A stretch of 63,994 nt of DNA, the filler included, from Piptocephalis cylindrospora (lineage: Eukaryota), in the NCBI GenBank assembly GCA_003614145.1. It is 6 parts of 6 records of this genome, joined end to end, with 100 filler letters (N's around TTAATTAATTAA, not from the genome) between each part and the next. Parts side by side here need not be neighbours in the genome. Positions count along the whole stretch, not along the records: positions 21,428 to 32,031 come from KZ988029.1; positions 32,132 to 42,728 come from KZ988030.1; 4 more parts are not named here. One strand, given 5' to 3'. Position numbers and translations under genes: made by a program. The notes under the pieces were generated by a model that worked only from the letters and a program-made list of their open reading frames with translations, did no database searches and was not told where the DNA came from. Positions 25,554 to 37,516 of this stretch are shown here, in pieces (within the stretch, counting starts at the first letter, position 1; the number at the start of each line of letters is the position of its first letter).

Positions 25554-27115
25554 AGTATGCGGTAGGAACGGAGGGTTTAGGAGTGGAGGAAGTCTGTACA
25601 GGATGGGATGGGATAAACTGCGTGAGTGAGTGAGGGTAGCGACAAGGAAGGGAAGGTACGCTGGTCTTACGGGTACCAAAGTCTGATAAGGGAGGGAGGA
25701 AAGGAGAAAACAGGAAAGAGAAGGAAAGGGAAGAATGGGTTAGGGTAGAGAGAAAGAGGGGAGGGGGAGGAAGAGGAGAGTCTGAGAAAAGGTGGCTGGG
25801 ATATGGAGAGAAGGTGAAGGAAAGAATGACAGTGCCAAGGTGAGAGGAGAGGTGTAAGCAACCAGGTCAAGAGGAGGAGGATATGGGTGAACACAATGTG
25901 TACTGGGGGAGCGGGTGACAAGAGCGGCGATGATGATGCCCTATCCTAATGTGCCTGATGCGGAGGCTACTATGCCGCGGTCGCTCTTTAACTGTGGAGC
26001 AAGGTGCCCATTTTCCTGTGAGGAGCACTAAAAGAGGGACGAAGGGGTTTGAAAGCGGAGGAAGCAGGTGGATTGCTGCGTGTGTGTGTTGGGGTATATG
26101 AGGGGGGGGGGGAGCAGGAGATTGAGAGTTGCACAGCCACTATGAATACAGCTACTAGGCTGGCAAAGCTGAGAGACACACAGATTGTGACCAGCCCAAG
26201 CCAGAGTGATAGAAAGGCCTTGCATATGCCGTGCAGAATGCATAGCCATCCCGGTTTTAAGAGGGATGACCTGGGTTCGACTGGATCAGAAAGGGGCAAA
26301 AGGTAGATGAGCCGTCTTTATCAATACATCACTTTTCTCCTTGGATCATATTGAGCCATCCTCGCCCATCACACATTACTCAATGATCCTTCTCATGGGT
26401 TCAACCCTTTTGCCCCTCGAGGGTCATAGATCAGGTGAGTGAGCCAGATGATCACGAACTGTGAGGTCGGAATCTCTTTTCTTTGGAAAAATGACCTGTG
26501 GGGCATACATCATGGATAAACACATGCAAGGGAAGAGGCGATCCCATGTAGTCATAGTTCGTACACCCATTGAAGTACCCCCTTTCAAAGGTCCCTTCAG
26601 GGCATGGTGGTAAAAAGGTATGTTACCCAATACATGGAGGCAATGGTTGTCACGGGATCATCATGAATGGAGAGATGGAAAGAAAGTGCGTGATGTTTAG
26701 GAAGGGGGAAAGGAGACGAATTATGATCATCAGATATACATACTACAAATGATATTTGGCATCGTCACCCACTCTAATAACTTTTTCAAGTCTGCTAGTA
26801 GCTTATTGTTCCGAGAATATAAGAAATATAAAAGGTAATAATTACATGATGGAAAACACTGGGTACTCTTGGTCTATCACTCTTGGGGATTATGTATAAT
26901 AATTTCATCATTATCATAGCAATACCACTTTATAAAAACAAAATATCATTATCATTCAAAAAGGATTGAAAACTATTGTTCCTATTGGAAGTGGCCAGTC
27001 AACTTATTTTGCATCATACTTATTTCCTTGGGGCTTGGTCATCTCAATGAAATCAGTAATCCAGTTTCATTAAGCGAAAGATGAAGAAAGTCTAAGGACT
27101 TCAGAAAAAATTGAG

Positions 27116-27189
27116 GCTTCCGTGGCGCAATTGGCTAGCGCGTCTGACTGTTAATCAGGAGGTTGGTGGTTCGATCCCACCCGGGAGCG
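27116..27189 (+). tRNA. tRNA-Asn (GTT), intronless
   Basis: Acceptor GCTTCCG/CGGGAGC, D arm TGGCGCAATTGGCTAGCGC, anticodon loop CTGTTAA, T arm GGTGG-TTCGATC-CCACC, discriminator G. Confidence 0.96.
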
Positions 27190-27194
27190 TCGTG

Positions 27195-27201
27195 TTTTTT
27201 C
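27195..27201 (+). terminator. RNA polymerase III oligo-T terminator
   Basis: T7 run 5 nt after the tRNA 3' end. Confidence 0.8.
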
Positions 27202-27362
27202 ACTATATTTTTGGCTCGGGTTTGAAAGTGCGTTCCTCATCCACATTAAATGGGAAAAGTGGAAAAGCGCTGTAATAAACACAGCTAGGAAGAGGGGATC
27301 ATAAGTCCAGAAGGACGGTTCAATACTCCCCTTTTCTTCATCCTCCTCCCACACCTAGTGTC

Positions 27363-27752
27363 ATGAGCGCAAGTCGACGAATGCAAGCGGCCGAGCTGTC
27401 GGCTCGCATCTTTTCCCAGGTCTGGAATCCTACGGGAGTACGGACGGGAAATAAGGTCCTAAGGCAACGGCCCAGGGCCGAGCATGTCCTCTCCTACTAC
27501 CCTAAGCCCGCAGTTAACTTTAAAGAGTTCCGTGAGTTTGTCAAAGTAGAAAAGAAAAAGTTCCAGATCTTTGGGGGAAATACTCGGGATCTAGCCAAGT
27601 TGAACGCGGATGTGTGTGCCTGGAGTGGGTCACCCATCGTGGATGTGGATGAGGCAGAGCGGGTGGAGAAGTTGGATCGGGCCCGTCGTCGCGGTAAGGG
27701 CACACCCAAGAAGGGGCAGGGTAAGCGCGCGACCATCAAGAAGAAGAAATAA
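27363..27752 (+). CDS. RSM27: Mitochondrial ribosomal protein mS33 (Rsm27); possible in-frame intron 27532-27594
   Basis: LSARIFSQVWNPTGVRTGNKVLRQR..SYYP and ERVEKLDRARRRGKGTPKK match the Rsm27 pattern. Confidence 0.9.
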   Translation: MSASRRMQAAELSARIFSQVWNPTGVRTGNKVLRQRPRAEHVLSYYPKPAVNFKEFREFVKVEKKKFQIFGGNTRDLAKLNADVCAWSGSPIVDVDEAERVEKLDRARRRGKGTPKKGQGKRATIKKKK

Positions 27753-28239
27753 ATGGTAGATCTGGGGCTTGGAGCCTTAGCTCATTAAACACATCTGATA
27801 AGGCTTGGTGGGTGGAAGGAAATAGAGAAAAGCATTGGTGCCATGTTCACGTAAATGTCCAAAGGATGGGTCGATGGGTGTTTGCGAGCAGGTGGGGGTC
27901 CCTCAATAGAATGAAGGGAGAGGGATGGGTGATTATACCCATGGATCGCCGTATCCGGATGCGTATGGGTTCCTTGGAGACTGGTCTCTCTTCATAGGGG
28001 ATACTCTTGCGTTTACCTGATGTATAGCTATGGATACCGCTAACCAGGGTAAGAGGAGTTTCATTCCCATGCAAAGGATGTTTATTAGCACGCTTAAAAC
28101 TCGGGACTAGGATCAAGGCATGGTATGGCGGCTATAAGCGGGAACCCTCGCACCACTCACCTTCCCACATCCCTCGCTCTTTCTTTGCTCCACTACCATT
28201 TCTTTGCCCTCTTTGAACCTTCACACCTCTCCACTTAAT

Positions 28240-28987
28240 ATGTCGACTGGCGCAGCAACGAATGGCTGGGGACTTGGTGGAAGCTTGGAGGAGCAAGCCG
28301 AATATAACCAGGCTGTGTCGACCCTTCCAAAACCTTTTGGAGTGCTTGCAACTGTACGCCTTTATTATCCTCCCTCGTCCCCTCTAGCCACTCACTCAAT
28401 TCTGTCCCTAGGTTTCGATCCTCGCTACAACGAATCAGCCCGAGGCAGTGGAATCGTTTATTCAACATGCCATCGCGGCTGAAACTACCGATCCCATCCG
28501 TCTCGTCCATCTTTGCCAGGCATCATTGATTAAAACGGCGCCTTTATGCGGCTTTCCCAAAATCATCAATGCCATGAATAGCCTGGTGGATGGGCTGCCC
28601 CGGCCCATCTATCATCAACTGCGCTCCTCCTACGAAAAGCCTAGCCCTATGACTACTGAGGCCTATCGTACCCGAGGAATGATCCTGTTTGACCGGGTTT
28701 ACGGAGTTAATAGCCAAAGGGTACAGGACCGCATTGGAGAGTCTAGTCCTCGGCTCATGGATATTATCATGAATGACATGTACGGAAAGATCTTGTCGGA
28801 TGAATCCCTCCTATCGGCCCCACAGACCGAGCTCCTCGCTGTCGGCGCCCTCGCCACCCAGGATGTGCCCTATCAGTTACGTTCTCATGTCCTAGGCGCA
28901 AGGAATGTTGGTGTGCCTCAGGTTCAGATTGATGCCGTTATTACTCTGGCCAAGCTCCTTTTGCGTCGGCGGAGGGCAAGCATCTAG
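28240..28987 (+). CDS. AhpD/carboxymuconolactone-decarboxylase-like protein (fungal Pxp2-like family), intron 28354-28411
   Basis: LIKTAPLCGFPKIINAM, RGMILFDRVYG, YGKILS, TELLAVGAL..QLRSHVLGARNVG. Confidence 0.8.
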
Positions 28988-29492
28988 TTGGGGTTCGTGG
29001 TGCTGGAGTGGTCTGTAGACAAGTGTTACTTGTGGGATAGGGTACAGTCCATTGAACCTTTTATCGTCGATACACGTAGTGTTACAATCAGAGAGAGGAA
29101 GTGAATTTCATTTCAAATTCGATACATTCTTTGATAGATTTGTGATAAAAGGGTAAAGATTAAGATGATTCATCCAGAACCGCATGTCTCTTCTCACTCC
29201 ATCCTCCGGCTTATGTCATTACCCATGAACAAGGGGGGTATATTGATGGTCTGGATCTTGACCTTGGTCATTCAATATCTTTTCATGGGCTAGTGTCGCT
29301 GAGGATGATGCACCCTTGACCATGCCCAGGGGATGTGTGGATGTGTGTGTGCCCTTCATTCCCCTGGACCTGGTCGGTGGAAGGGGCATATCCCAGCCGC
29401 CTCCATGGGATCTCATCTCGTCAACCACGATATCTATTCTCCTTCCTTTCTTCTTTCTTGCCTATCCACCCCCACTCATAGATAGTATCAAA

Positions 29493-30548
29493 ATGGAATA
29501 TCCCACAAGCTGTGAATTAACCGAGGAAGACCTAAACAAATTAGATAATGTGGCCATGGAAGGAGATCTGACTTTGGGATATATGCTTACGGTAGGGATG
29601 TGGTTCCGCAGGTATCGATGAATACCTCATAGACATTTTTCATACCCATTCTACCCTATTTAGGTGGTCATCCTTACTGTAGGAAATTGCCCCAAGACCG
29701 TGGGCTATGTGACTCAGCGATTCATTGATAGCATTGGGGATGAGGAAGCGGCTGCCCAAGTGCTTGAATGTACCCGAGAGGCCATCACGAAGACCTCTTA
29801 TTGGTGTGGTGTGCCCAAGGTAAGGGAGATATGTGGGTATAATTTATGTCCTTCAGAGCATCAGGATACTAGGAATTATCCCTCATCCGCCCATCTCCCC
29901 TGTAGGCCATAAATGCGATGAGGGAATGCGTGGGAGCGGTGGCTCCAGCGGTTCGGGTACGACTAACCACGGGAACGTCCTTGTAAGGTGTCATCCCAAG
30001 CATCAGGAGATAGCTGTAGCATACCTGCTCACTAGGCCTGTATGATTAGATCGGTCCAGGAGGAGGAGGAGCAAACGGATAAGCTAAACAAGTCCCTATC
30101 CATGGTCTTTGGGAATAAGGGTATGCTGGGAGGGATGTATCTACCTCATCATTCCTGTCTGGGGCCTCGTCCTTGCTTATATTCTCTCCTCTGGTAGGTC
30201 TCAAGGTGTTTGACGAGATCCAGGACTGCAGTCCGCAGCTCTACAATCTGGCCAAAGGTATTTTGATGGGTGCGTGGGGTACAAGGATCTTCATTGCTCA
30301 TTATCCGTCTGGAGTATGTGCTAGAGATATACCAGGAGGTGATTGTGACACGATGCGCCATGGGAGTAGATATTTCCGAGCTCATTGGAGTCGCAGCTCT
30401 CCAGATCCTCGGGCTGAATGATGCTCTGGTCATACATCAGGAAATCGCCCTCAAGTCCGGGGCCTCCTCCGAACAAGTCAATAAGGTGACGAGGGCATGT
30501 GGTACTTTCCTGGAGATTGCCAACAGCAAAGGCTGGAAAGTGTTTTAA
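29493..30548 (+). CDS. Diverged AhpD-like paralog, six exons
   Basis: Phase-consistent splicing (donors 29592, 29820, 29983, ~30121, ~30258) gives ..REAITKTSYWCGVPK|AINAM..SPQLYNLAKEIYQEVIV..SELIGVAAL..LVIHQEIALKSG, collinear with the upstream gene. Confidence 0.72.
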
Positions 30549-30717
30549 TCTCAGAAGAGGGACATATATGTTGTCTTATGAATGGAGAGGAAGGAAAAGA
30601 CTTGATTTTTTGATTCATGGTCTCTCTAATCTATCTCATCCATACCACTATCCATGGGTAAGGATGGTCCATTGAGAGAGAGCGTGTGTGTGCGTGAGGA
30701 AAGAGAACCCAAGATGA

Positions 30718-31413
30718 TTATGCCTTTTCTTGCTTGGATTGATGCTCCGTCTGCAGCTTGATGATCTAAAAGAAAAGGGAGAATGAATGAGTTTAGGACG
30801 AGGACAAGGACCTTCGCTCGCCACCCCCTCAGACCCTATTCAATGCTTACCTCGCTCTTCTTGGCCTCTTGCTTGGCTGTGAGATCCTTGAGGAGCTTTT
30901 CCACTCGGTCACTGCGGGCCATTGGTGAGGGAGGATGCTGAGTGAGGGTTTTGTCCATTCGACCCTTTGGTTTAATTAAATCCTTACATTTCACCCTTGA
31001 TGAATTCAAGTCGCTTCTTCACATTCCCGGTGGCCTCTACCCTCTCCTGAGGCACCAAGGAAGGTCCGATCAATTTGTAGATTTGCGCGCCTTCCTCCAA
31101 CTCTCCAAATTCCTATAGGAAAGTATAGTGCAATGGACAGGAGAAAAATGAGACTATTGAGCTGAGTTGTATCAGGGACCTGACCTTCATCCCATCGCGG
31201 ACAATCCTACCTTTTGGACCTGCTCATTCTCGCTCAGCTGGGAGTCGAGCCTTTGACGGGTCTCCACGGTCGTGGAGATCTCTACCAGGGAAAGGACGAG
31301 TGAGTATAGGAGGCAAAGTATAGTGGAAAGGAGTGGCTCTGGGTAGGCAAGGTACCTTGCTGAATGCCGCGGAAGGCCGAGGTGGCTGCTTCAAGTCGTG
31401 CTTCAAGGGACAT
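30718..31413 (-). CDS. YKE2: Prefoldin subunit 6 (Yke2/Gim1), five short exons; not captured by the ORF track
   Basis: Spliced product MSLEARLEAATSAFRGIQQEISTTVETRQRLDSQLSENEQVQKEFGELEEGAQIYKLIGPSLVPQERVEATGNVKKRLEFIKGEIDRVEKLLKDL..IIKLQTEHQSKQEKA*. Confidence 0.92.
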
Positions 31414-31811
31414 GGTCTTTACTGAGAGAACTGATCGGGTGAGGGAGGATGATAAGTGGTGAAGAGGAAGGAGAAGGATGGAAGGTGGGGCGCGGCGTGG
31501 CGTGAGTCTACTAGGTCAACACGCAGTGTGTAGCTATTATTACTGGCGGTGACACCCCGACATCAGGGCTTGTTGCTCTATGCTTCCTTACAATTCCTGG
31601 AAACTATGCGCGATCGTAATGCATTACTGTTGCTCTCCTACTTGATTGGCTATGCAATACATGTTTCATTGACCCATTTATGTTTATCGCATTATCCCAA
31701 ACTTCATCATGCAACATCAAACATGGTACAGAGGGCTCTTTATTCATCACTTGCCCCCCCTTTCTCCTTTCCCTACCTTCCCCCTCCCCCCCCAGTCCCC
31801 GTCATAGCCCT

Positions 31812-32031
31812 TCACATGCACAGCCGGTAAGTCAAGTACCGACCAGCCGTCTCACTGGGCCGAACAATCTTGACCACTTGACCACGCTTTAAGCCAAAGT
31901 ACCGTGCTACCGGATCGATGGACTGGATCCTGGGTAGTTGGGATTCCTGCAGACGACTAGAGAAGCAGAGGGGCACACGTTAGTAATTCATTGCCCAAAA
32001 ATAGATCTCACGTATCCTAAAACTTACTAGC
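31812..32031 (-). CDS. RPB5: RNA polymerase I/II/III shared subunit Rpb5, last exon (31956-31812); 5' part missing; not in ORF track
   Basis: [48 protein letters not shown]. Confidence 0.95.
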
Positions 32032-32131
32032 NNNNNNNNNNNNNNNNNNNNNNNNNNNNNNNNNNNNNNNNNNNNTTAATTAATTAANNNNNNNNNNNNN
32101 NNNNNNNNNNNNNNNNNNNNNNNNNNNNNNN
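32032..32131. other. Artificial contig spacer
   Basis: N44-TTAATTAATTAA-N44. Confidence 0.99.
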
Positions 32132-32600
32132 TGGTGGTGGCGTTGGTAGTGGAAGAGGGGGGGTGTAAGCCAGGTAAATAGACGCTAGGCATGAGAAGAT
32201 GACGCATGCCAGTGGCCCAGGAAAGGTAGCCGTCGAGGACGGTGACGGCCAGACGGATTCCCCCGGCCTGCTCAACACGGAAACGGACGCGCTCAGTACC
32301 ACGGATGCCCACATTAACGACGGAATGCCAGGCCAGAGTCCACCTCCATGCGGTGGTACGGTCTTTCGGGTTCATGCGCGGGGTTTGATCCAAGAGACGG
32401 ATGAGGCGTTCGAGGCCACCATCGGTGGTGAGGACCTCCCGGACAGCGGAGGAGGAGGAGGTGAGGGCGGAGAGATGGGTAAGAGTATTGAGGAGAGGGA
32501 GGTCGGCAGTGACGTCGAGGGCCCTTCGGTCATAGTGGTTTGGGGATAGGGTAAGGGCGGCCCTGCTATGCTGCACGGAGCAGTAATTGGACTCACGCAT
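32132..32600 (-). CDS. MUB1: SamB/Mub1 MYND-finger protein, N-terminal part (truncated at contig end)
   Basis: MRESNY..YDRRALDVTADLPLLNTLTHLSALTSSS..VLTTDGGLERL..WRWTLAWHSVVNVGIRGTERVR is the conserved SamB/Mub1 N-terminus; the MYND finger itself is not in the window. Confidence 0.88.
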
Positions 32601-33060
32601 CCTGGAGGGAAGGGGGGATGTGTCTAGTGAGAGGGGGAAAAGAGGCTTTTGAGAGGGAGGAGTGGAGGGGGGCAGGAGAGGTACTGATCCAGGATAGGGG
32701 GAGGGAAAGGAGAAAGGGTGGTCAGAAAGGAAGATGGTCCTAGAGGAGGACCAAGCACGTCAAGCAGTGAGGACAGAGGTATGAGGAAAAGCTCAACAGA
32801 GAAAGAGAGTAAAGGGCTGGGGCTGGGACAGGAAGGGATAGAAATGGGTGCTGGTGGTGAAAGGAGGGAGAAAAAGAAAGGGAGCCCCAAGCAGAGAGCC
32901 CAAATAGGATGAAGAAAGAGATGGGGGAGGGGGAAGAGGAGGGACAAAGGAAACAAGGATGGGATGGGTGGGCAAAGATCAAGAACGAACGAGGAAGGGG
33001 GAGGGGAGGAGGAGAAGGCAAGGGTATAAGTGGGGAAGAGTAGGAATGAGGCTTGAGATG

Positions 33061-33061
<1 letters not shown>

Positions 33062-33092
<31 letters not shown>
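33062..33092. repeat. (GA)n microsatellite in MUB1 upstream/leader region
   Basis: Direct reading. Confidence 0.85.
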
Positions 33093-33098
<6 letters not shown>

Positions 33099-33576
33099 GA
33101 TGGGGGGTGGGGAGGAAAAGGAGGTGGATGGACGGCCTGGGAAAGATGAGAGGAAAGGAAGAGAGGAAAGAGAGAGGGGCTGGGGAGAGAGGGAGGGGGG
33201 AAGTGGACAAGGAAAGCGTAGGGGTGTATAAATCCCCCATCCCCCATACCCAGGCCTTTCCTCCATTCCCTCACACTCCACCAGCACAATGAGAGGTTAC
33301 CCAACCTTCCCCTCACTTTCCCTCTCAGCATCGACTGGTCACATCCCCGTGGGTGTGGGTGCGTGTCCGTCCTCCCTCACTCATCCCCCCGCTCACAGAC
33401 ACACATCCCTTGGTATTCTCTCCCTCTCTCTGACGGTGATGAACAGGGAGGAGGAGGGGGGAAGATAGAATGTGTGTGTATGTGTGTGCATGTGTGTATG
33501 TGTATATGTGTGTGTGTGATGGACTAAAGTAAGGAAGCCTGTCACTCAGAGTGTAGCGTTGAAGGTCAGTCAAGGC

Positions 33577-33646
33577 ATCATCACCATATCACACCACCAC
33601 CACCACCACCACTACCACCACCACGGTCACCATCACCACTGTCACC
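33577..33646. repeat. Imperfect (CAC/CAT)n trinucleotide tract
   Basis: Direct reading; source of the spurious poly-His ORF. Confidence 0.85.
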
Positions 33647-35029
33647 CTCATTACACCCGTACCTTAGCCCACTCCACATGCAGAAGAGCAGCAAGTGGGG
33701 AGGAACGAGGACGCGTGGTACGGTGGTACGGTGAACCCGCGAACTGAAGCAACAGTACGGAACACACACACTTACATACGCCTCTGGGCACAGGTCAAGA
33801 ATGTACACACACACTAAAACACAGTAGAGAGCACACAGAGACGCGCGAGTGTGTCCCACCCTCTCCGACAGTGTCGTCCTTGTCCCATAAGGTCACCAGT
33901 GCATTGGGAAGGGAGCACAAAGACCCGATTTTAGATGTTGTGTGAGATGAGAAGGGAAGCGTGAGCAAGAACGAGATGTCAAGGAGAGGGAGCATGAGAG
34001 GATTCAGGGCCATCCTTTTTCGTCCGACCCATGAGCGTGAAAATTTCACGAGCTCAACGATGACATGGGAAGAATGGCCTTGCACCGACCCATAGCGCAC
34101 CATCACAACACCAGATCCAAGACAGGAAAGGACAGATGACTAGGATGGATGGGGTAGGAGACCCAAAGAAGGAGATCTACGCCTCTTTCCAGGATACAGA
34201 TTCGACAAGGGTCATCCGATCCCCTTTTTTTCCCTTCTCCTCGGTCTAGTTTACATCTGACATGAGGATGGAGACAGGGGGTGAGGAGGATGGGGGAGGA
34301 GACAGGGGAGGGCGGAGTGACAGAACAGGGTAAACAACACAGTCTGTCTTGTTCTTATGCATCATGGCGAGATGCAGAAAAGACATCAAGATTATGTCTC
34401 ACCGCGACCTGGATTCGTATTATTATGATAATAGCAATGATGAGCCTTCGTACCATCACGATCCATCGAGGGAAAGAAAAAAAAGGCAAGAGAAAAGAGC
34501 AGGACGGCTGTCTTGTTCCATGGATGGGAAGAATGATCTCCCTTGGACGTGTCATCTCCCTCTATCCCATATCCCAAGAATAGAAACGCAAAGCTTCCTG
34601 TCCATCCCCTAGGAAGTGACTAGTCATGACCATTCTGGACCTGCAATACCAAGACGGGTACCATCTATCCGGAGGTATGGGGCCTTCACGTTCAAGACAA
34701 CACTTCCTTCCCACCCGTACACGACGAACACACACACCATGAAGGGATGAATGAGCCCCACCAGCGCTTATCTGATAAGACGGGTCAAGGCCGTCAGGAT
34801 GAATCATCTCTCCTTCTTCCAGCTGACCTTCTGACCAACGCCTGGTCCCATGAGTCATCTACCGCCATTTCCCCGATTGGGGAGGAGGACACTGGACCAA
34901 TCCGTCCATGTAGACAAGACACGGGTACTTTCCCCCCTCCCTCCCTTGCCCTCTCCATAGGACGGTCACTTATCCCACTACGGAGCGAAAAGGGTGCCTT
35001 GTCAGGCCACCCTACACGGGGCTAGGCAG

Positions 35030-35280
35030 CGCGTACCCTTGGTCCAATGATCATGCAAAGTGACAGACGCGCTAGGTCGCGTCCGGGAGAGGAGAGGGAG
35101 AAAGCGTCAACAAAGACTCCCTTGTCTCCCCACCACCCCTGTGTCCCCTATCCAGTCGACCCCTACGCGTGTCCATTCCCCGCCATCCTACCGCGTCGTC
35201 TCCACTCCACCCGTTTCATCCCCCTCGTACTCCACCCGCGTTTTTCTTCTCTGTCAGATAGGAAATCAACAACTATAAAA
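35030..35280 (+). promoter_or_regulatory. RNR2 promoter: cluster of CGCG (MCB-like) cores plus TATA
   Basis: CGCG at 35030, 35068, 35078, 35166 (ACGCGT), 35192, 35237; TATAAAA at 35274. Confidence 0.55.
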
Positions 35281-35457
35281 ACCTGTCCACCCACCACCCC
35301 TTTCCCTTTTTCTCTCTTCCCCATCCTTTCTCCCCACACCACACCACACCTCCCTCACTCTCCCCTCGAGTTTCACTACACACAAAACCCTCTCTTTTTG
35401 CTCGCCCCCCCACCCGCTTTGTCCCCCTTTGATCTGTCCAGCTCCCTCTAGCCCACC

Positions 35458-36663
35458 ATGACCACCTCAAGCACCACCTCCCCCATCCCCACCTCGGTCT
35501 CCAAGGTAGAACAGGCCAAACCCACCCTCACCAAGTCCCAGAAGCGTAACGCCAGTCGTCGTCGTGCCAACAAGAACGCCAAGGACCAGCTCGCCTCCCT
35601 CAGCGACGACCAGGCCTCCTCCTCTGGATCCATCATCTCCTCCACCTCCTCCACCTCCGAGTCCCCAGACTTGGACGAGCCCATCCTTCGTCCTAACCCC
35701 GGTCGCTTTGTCCTTTTCCCCATCAGGTACCACGACGTCTGGTCCATGTACAAAAAGGCCGAGGCCAGCTTCTGGACCGCCGAGGAGGTCGACCTCTCCA
35801 AGGACCAATCTCAATGGGACGAGGTCCTCACCGACGATGAACGCTTCTTCATCTCCCGTGTCCTCGCCTTCTTCGCCGCCTCCGATGGCATCGTCAACGA
35901 AAACCTATGCGAGCGCTTCTCCAACGAAGTCCAGATCGCAGAGGCCCGTTGCTTCTACGGCTTCCAGATCATGATGGAGAACATCCACTCGGAAATGTAC
36001 TCCCTCCTCATCGACACCTACATTCGTGACCCCAAGGAACGTGACTTCCTCTTCAACTCCATGGAAACCATCCCCTGCATCCGGAAGAAGGCTCAGTGGG
36101 CCCTGCGCTGGATCTCCGATCCCGCCTCCACCTTTGCCGAACGCCTCATCGCCTTTGCCGCCGTCGAGGGCATCTTCTTCTCCGGTTCCTTTGCCTCCAT
36201 CTTCTGGCTCAAGAAGCGCGGTCTCATGGCCGGCCTCACCTTCTCCAACGAGCTCATCTCCCGTGATGAGGGCCTCCACACCGACTTTGCCTGTCTCCTC
36301 TTCTCCCTCCTCCAGAACAAACCCTCCCCCGAGCGCGTCAACCGTATCATCACCGACGCCGTCGTCATCGAACAGGAATTCCTCACCGACGCCCTGCCCT
36401 GTCGGCTCATCGGCATGAACGCCGACCTCATGTGCCAGTACATTGAATTTGTCGCCGACCGTCTCCTCCTCACCCTCGGCCAGGAGAAGCACTACAACTC
36501 CACGAACCCCTTTGACTTTATGGACATGATCTCCCTTCAGGGCAAGACCAACTTTTTCGAAAAACGTGTCTCCGACTACCAAAAGGCCGGTGTCATGAAC
36601 CATCAAGGCGATCGTACCCGAAGGGAAGAAGAGTCTGCCTTTACCCTGGATGCTGAATTTTAA
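35458..36663 (+). CDS. RNR2: Ribonucleotide reductase class Ia small subunit, intronless
   Basis: [40 protein letters not shown] (radical Tyr), [18 protein letters not shown]-terminal FTLDAEF. Confidence 0.98.
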   Translation: MTTSSTTSPIPTSVSKVEQAKPTLTKSQKRNASRRRANKNAKDQLASLSDDQASSSGSIISSTSSTSESPDLDEPILRPNPGRFVLFPIRYHDVWSMYKKAEASFWTAEEVDLSKDQSQWDEVLTDDERFFISRVLAFFAASDGIVNENLCERFSNEVQIAEARCFYGFQIMMENIHSEMYSLLIDTYIRDPKERDFLFNSMETIPCIRKKAQWALRWISDPASTFAERLIAFAAVEGIFFSGSFASIFWLKKRGLMAGLTFSNELISRDEGLHTDFACLLFSLLQNKPSPERVNRIITDAVVIEQEFLTDALPCRLIGMNADLMCQYIEFVADRLLLTLGQEKHYNSTNPFDFMDMISLQGKTNFFEKRVSDYQKAGVMNHQGDRTRREEESAFTLDAEF

Positions 36664-37516
36664 CACACTCTCCCACTCTACCGTGATGTGGATCATCCAT
36701 ACGAAGGAAGGAAGGAGCGCGAGAACGAGAGGGGCAAATCTATCTATGAGAAGGGGAAGGAGGCTGGGTCCTTGGTCATCGTGTGTCCGTGTGTCTGACC
36801 AAACCTGGGCCTCCCACCATCTGTCTGTATAACGTGGCTTTATCCAAGTCTGCTGACTGGGAGATCCCACTCAATCTATCTGAATTTCAATCTTATCTGC
36901 TGCTGTATACCCCCACTGTTTCTCTGCCTATGAGTTCCCCCCGGATAACAGCATAGCGAACAACACGACGTCCAATGTATATACCTCATGGTATTCTACA
37001 GTATGGTCTTTGAAGATCTTTTCGGCATTGGAACAAATGACATTAAGATTCTTCACATGGCAATCGAAACCACTTAACCAAAGGAGGACTAAGGGTGTGA
37101 AAAGAGACAGGCAGCGACAAAGGGAAGAACCCAAAAGTGAGAGTATTTCCTTCTCCCCAGATCCCTCCCAGACCATCCCGTTTCCATAATACGCCTTTTC
37201 AACCATGCCCTGTGATTCAATCATTCCAGACTCTGGCCCTACGCCCATACACGTCTTTTAAGTCATCCGATGCTTTCTTGCAAACACGCATACACACACA
37301 CACATAAAATCTCCTTTGGGAGAAATTACCCTTCTGATGTACAGACACTCATTGCCCCACAAAATCAATGGAAAGTTCTTCATGGAAATATCAAAGGAGT
37401 GACGGTTGATTTCTCTCTCTATCCTGGTCAAAGATTCCTAAAAAAAAATACTCGACCGCCTGAAGAACCGAAAGAGGAAAAAGAAGCGGGCCATTGGTTG
37501 GAATGGTGGAAGCCCA

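Noticed and set aside
1644..31413. Apparent cluster of cytoskeletal folding genes (CCT1, ARL2, UCS chaperone, prefoldin 6)
   Set aside because: They lie on three different contigs joined artificially
32624..33331. 235-aa Pro/Ser/Leu/Phe-rich ORF upstream of MUB1
   Set aside because: Translation of a CT-rich leader/promoter that lacks stop codons for compositional reasons
33559..33747. Poly-His ORF
   Set aside because: Product of a (CAC)n microsatellite in an intergenic region
35905..36870. 321-aa minus-strand ORF over RNR2, and similar ORFs over CCT1, OSH, ARO1 and the hydrolase
   Set aside because: Antisense shadows of codon-biased genes with no independent motifs
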